A stretch of 64,000 nt of DNA, taken from assembly GCA_002104945.1 (NCBI GenBank), contig MCFH01000035.1, positions 62,001-126,000 on the forward strand. The letters run 5' to 3'. The translations under genes were made by a program, and so were the position numbers. The number at the start of each line of letters is the position of its first letter. The first letter of the stretch is position 1. Below, piece after piece: positions 61,510 to 64,000 of this stretch. This DNA is from Piromyces finnis finn. Lineage: Eukaryota; Fungi; Neocallimastigomycota. The notes under the pieces were generated by a model, which worked only from the letters and a program-made list of their open reading frames with translations, did no database searches and was not told where the DNA came from.

Positions 61510-64000
61510 ATGTCAAGGCATTATGATATGAGGTATGAAATAATTTAAAATTATATAAAAATTTTGATATAATTATATTTTATAATTTTACTTAAATAAA
61601 ATAAAAATAAAAATTAAAAGAGAGTTTTCTGTTACTGAGCAAGTAAATGATGATAAATCCGAATATTTTGATGAAATTAGAAGATCAAGATCATTAACTC
61701 GTAAACCAGTTGGAAATAGATCACAAAGTATAGATTATAATAATGTAATGAAAAAAGGAATAATAAAAATATAACATAAACATTTTTTTATGCAAAATTT
61801 ATAATAGAATTTATAAAATGTTAACTAATACAAAATATTTTAATATATATAATTCTGTAATCTTCTTTTTATTCATTATATATAAAATATTTTTGATTCA
61901 TCGATAAATATTAACACAAAAATAAATTAAATTATTTAGACAGGAAATACAAAAATAAAAATTAGATACAATGTTAAAGATATATCAAGAGATAGTGATT
62001 TATCATCCAGAGATCATCACCATCATCACCATCATCAAAAAGAATCCCTTTCACCGAAAACTTTTCTGTCAATAAAAAAGAAGCCTAGATCATTATCCGT
62101 TTCTGTGAGAAGAGAAGTAACTGATTTTAACAAACATGATGAACATCATTCTTCTAGTCGTCATAGAAAAGATAAAAGTAAAGATATAGATTCTAAACAT
62201 CATCATAGAAGTAGTCATAGTAGAGATACTAAAAGAAGTGATTTAAAAAAAGAAGCATCTATAGAAAGACATTATGACGAAGATAATTCAATTATTAATT
62301 ATGATGAAAAGAAAAAACATAGAAAGAGTAGTAGACATTATGATGAAGAATTAGATAATGATAAAGAAAACATCATACCAAACAAAAAAAAAGATAAAAA
62401 AAGTAAAAAGCTTTTGAGTAATGAGGATGATTCCATTTCACTAAGTAGTTTTAGTATTAATCGAAAACATCGTGAAAAACGTTTAAAAAATAAGGTTAGA
62501 AATAGAGAATCTTCGAATGACAATTTATCACATTTATCTAGAAAAGAAAGTAAGCAAAAAGTAGTTAGTGATAATAATGGACGAATTAGTTCTAATAATA
62601 TTGTTCCAACTTACCCACCACCAATGAGTCCATCTATTAAAACCTCCTCTTTAAAATATTCAAGATCAATGTCAATAGATAAGGGTAGTATGAAAAGTAT
62701 TTCATCAAGATCACCTGAAACAATTACTGGTAATCGATCCTTATCCAAAAGTCGTTCTGTTTCTATTTCTAATCAAGTTTCTATCTATTCAAGTGATGCA
62801 GAAAGTGTAAATCAATCTTCTATGGGTAAATCATATTCTAGTATACATGATCTTCCATTATATAAATCTAACAGTGAGAGCATACGGGAATTAAGAGAAA
62901 GTGTTTTACATAAATATGCAAGTTCTGAAATATTGACACCAATAACAAACACAAATGAAAAGAGTCTAAAAGATCATCATAACTCTATGAAACGCTCTGT
63001 ATCTAATGATACCTCAAAATTAAGACATTCACACAGTAAAACTATTGACAAAAATGATATTGAACATAAAAAAAAGAAAAAATCTCGTTCTCAATCGTTA
63101 TCAAAGGAAAGCAAATCTGAGAAAATTAAAAAGAAGAATAAAACTGACGATAAAACGGAAAAAGAAAAAGAAAAAAAAAGGGATAAAAAAAAAGACATAG
63201 AAGAAAAGAATGGTAAAGATGGTGGCGAAGATGGTGAAAAAAAAAGTAAGAGAAACAAAGAAAGACATCAACACAAACATCGATCAACTTCTAAAGATCA
63301 AGAATATCAAATGTCAAATGTTAAGGAAAAAGATGAAAAAAAGAAAATAAAAAAACATGCAAATATTCCTGCACCAATACCACCAGAAGAATCATTGAAA
63401 AAAAAACCTTTACCAAAACCTCCAAAAATAAAAGAAAACGAAGAGAATACTAATGAAAACGATTTAGCTATTAAACCAGTCAAACCAGTTATTGAAAACT
63501 CATTTAATAAAGAAAAAAGTAGTATACTTACTTTTTACCCAGAAGGTTATACCCCCTCTATCAATGATAGTGTTAAAACTAAAATTAATGAAGAGGATGA
63601 AGATAATTCAGAAAAGAAAAAAATTAAGAGATCAAAATCAAAATCTCATTCTCGTAGTCATAGCCATCATCATAGATCCAGATCAAAGTCGAAAAATAGA
63701 AATAATTCTGTAGACCATGAAGATAATATGACTAATGATGAAAACAAAAAACATAAAAGTATGAAATTAATAGATATTTGATGTCATACACCATAATATA
63801 CCATTTATATAATATTTGATTTTATTAACTTTTATTATTTATTAATTATTTATTTATAAATAAAAGGACATAAATCTAAAGTAATTTTAGATGAAAATAG
63901 TACAATAATAGAGAAGTTAGAGGAGTACCCTTATGATAAGAATATATTTGAAAATTTAAAGAAAAAACCGGAAGATTTTAAAAATAGTAATATTTGTATT
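61510..64000 (+). CDS. Lys/Ser/His/Arg-rich low-complexity protein, multi-exon, continues beyond the window
   Basis: ATG at 61510, short exons (~61620-61745, ~61940 onward) and the long ORF 62105-63781. An in-frame splice at ~63760 leads to an exon RHKSKVILDEN..NICI that is still open at base 64000. No folded domain seen inside the window. Confidence 0.7.

Overview
Very AT-rich, intron-containing eukaryotic DNA with short GT-AG introns, (AAT)n/(TA)n microsatellites and long homopolymers. The composition and gene content fit an anaerobic gut fungus (Neocallimastigomycota, e.g. Piromyces/Neocallimastix/Anaeromyces); this is an inference. I assembled spliced genes by hand from the ORF track. In order: RasGEF (runs off the left edge); an orphan protein with a presequence and one TM helix; an intronless bacterial-type glutathione peroxidase; a 3' LINE fragment; a membrane-anchored expansin-like (DPBB) protein; a frameshifted Cys-rich membrane gene; organellar pyrophosphatase; VDAC; NFU1; an LtrA-like membrane protein; a large OB-fold protein resembling shieldin subunit SHLD2, with a coding minisatellite and SQ/TQ clusters; proteasome beta4; an aspartate aminotransferase whose first exon encodes a canonical PTS2; Sec6; Pex11; a Rec8-type kleisin; Nug1; and a basic low-complexity protein running off the right edge. 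Best leads: (1) the SHLD2-like DNA-end-binding protein in a fungus, (2) PTS2 cargo plus Pex11, pointing to peroxisomes in an obligate anaerobe, (3) a meiotic Rec8-like cohesin in a group with no described sexual cycle. All homology calls come from motif recognition by eye, not from database searches.
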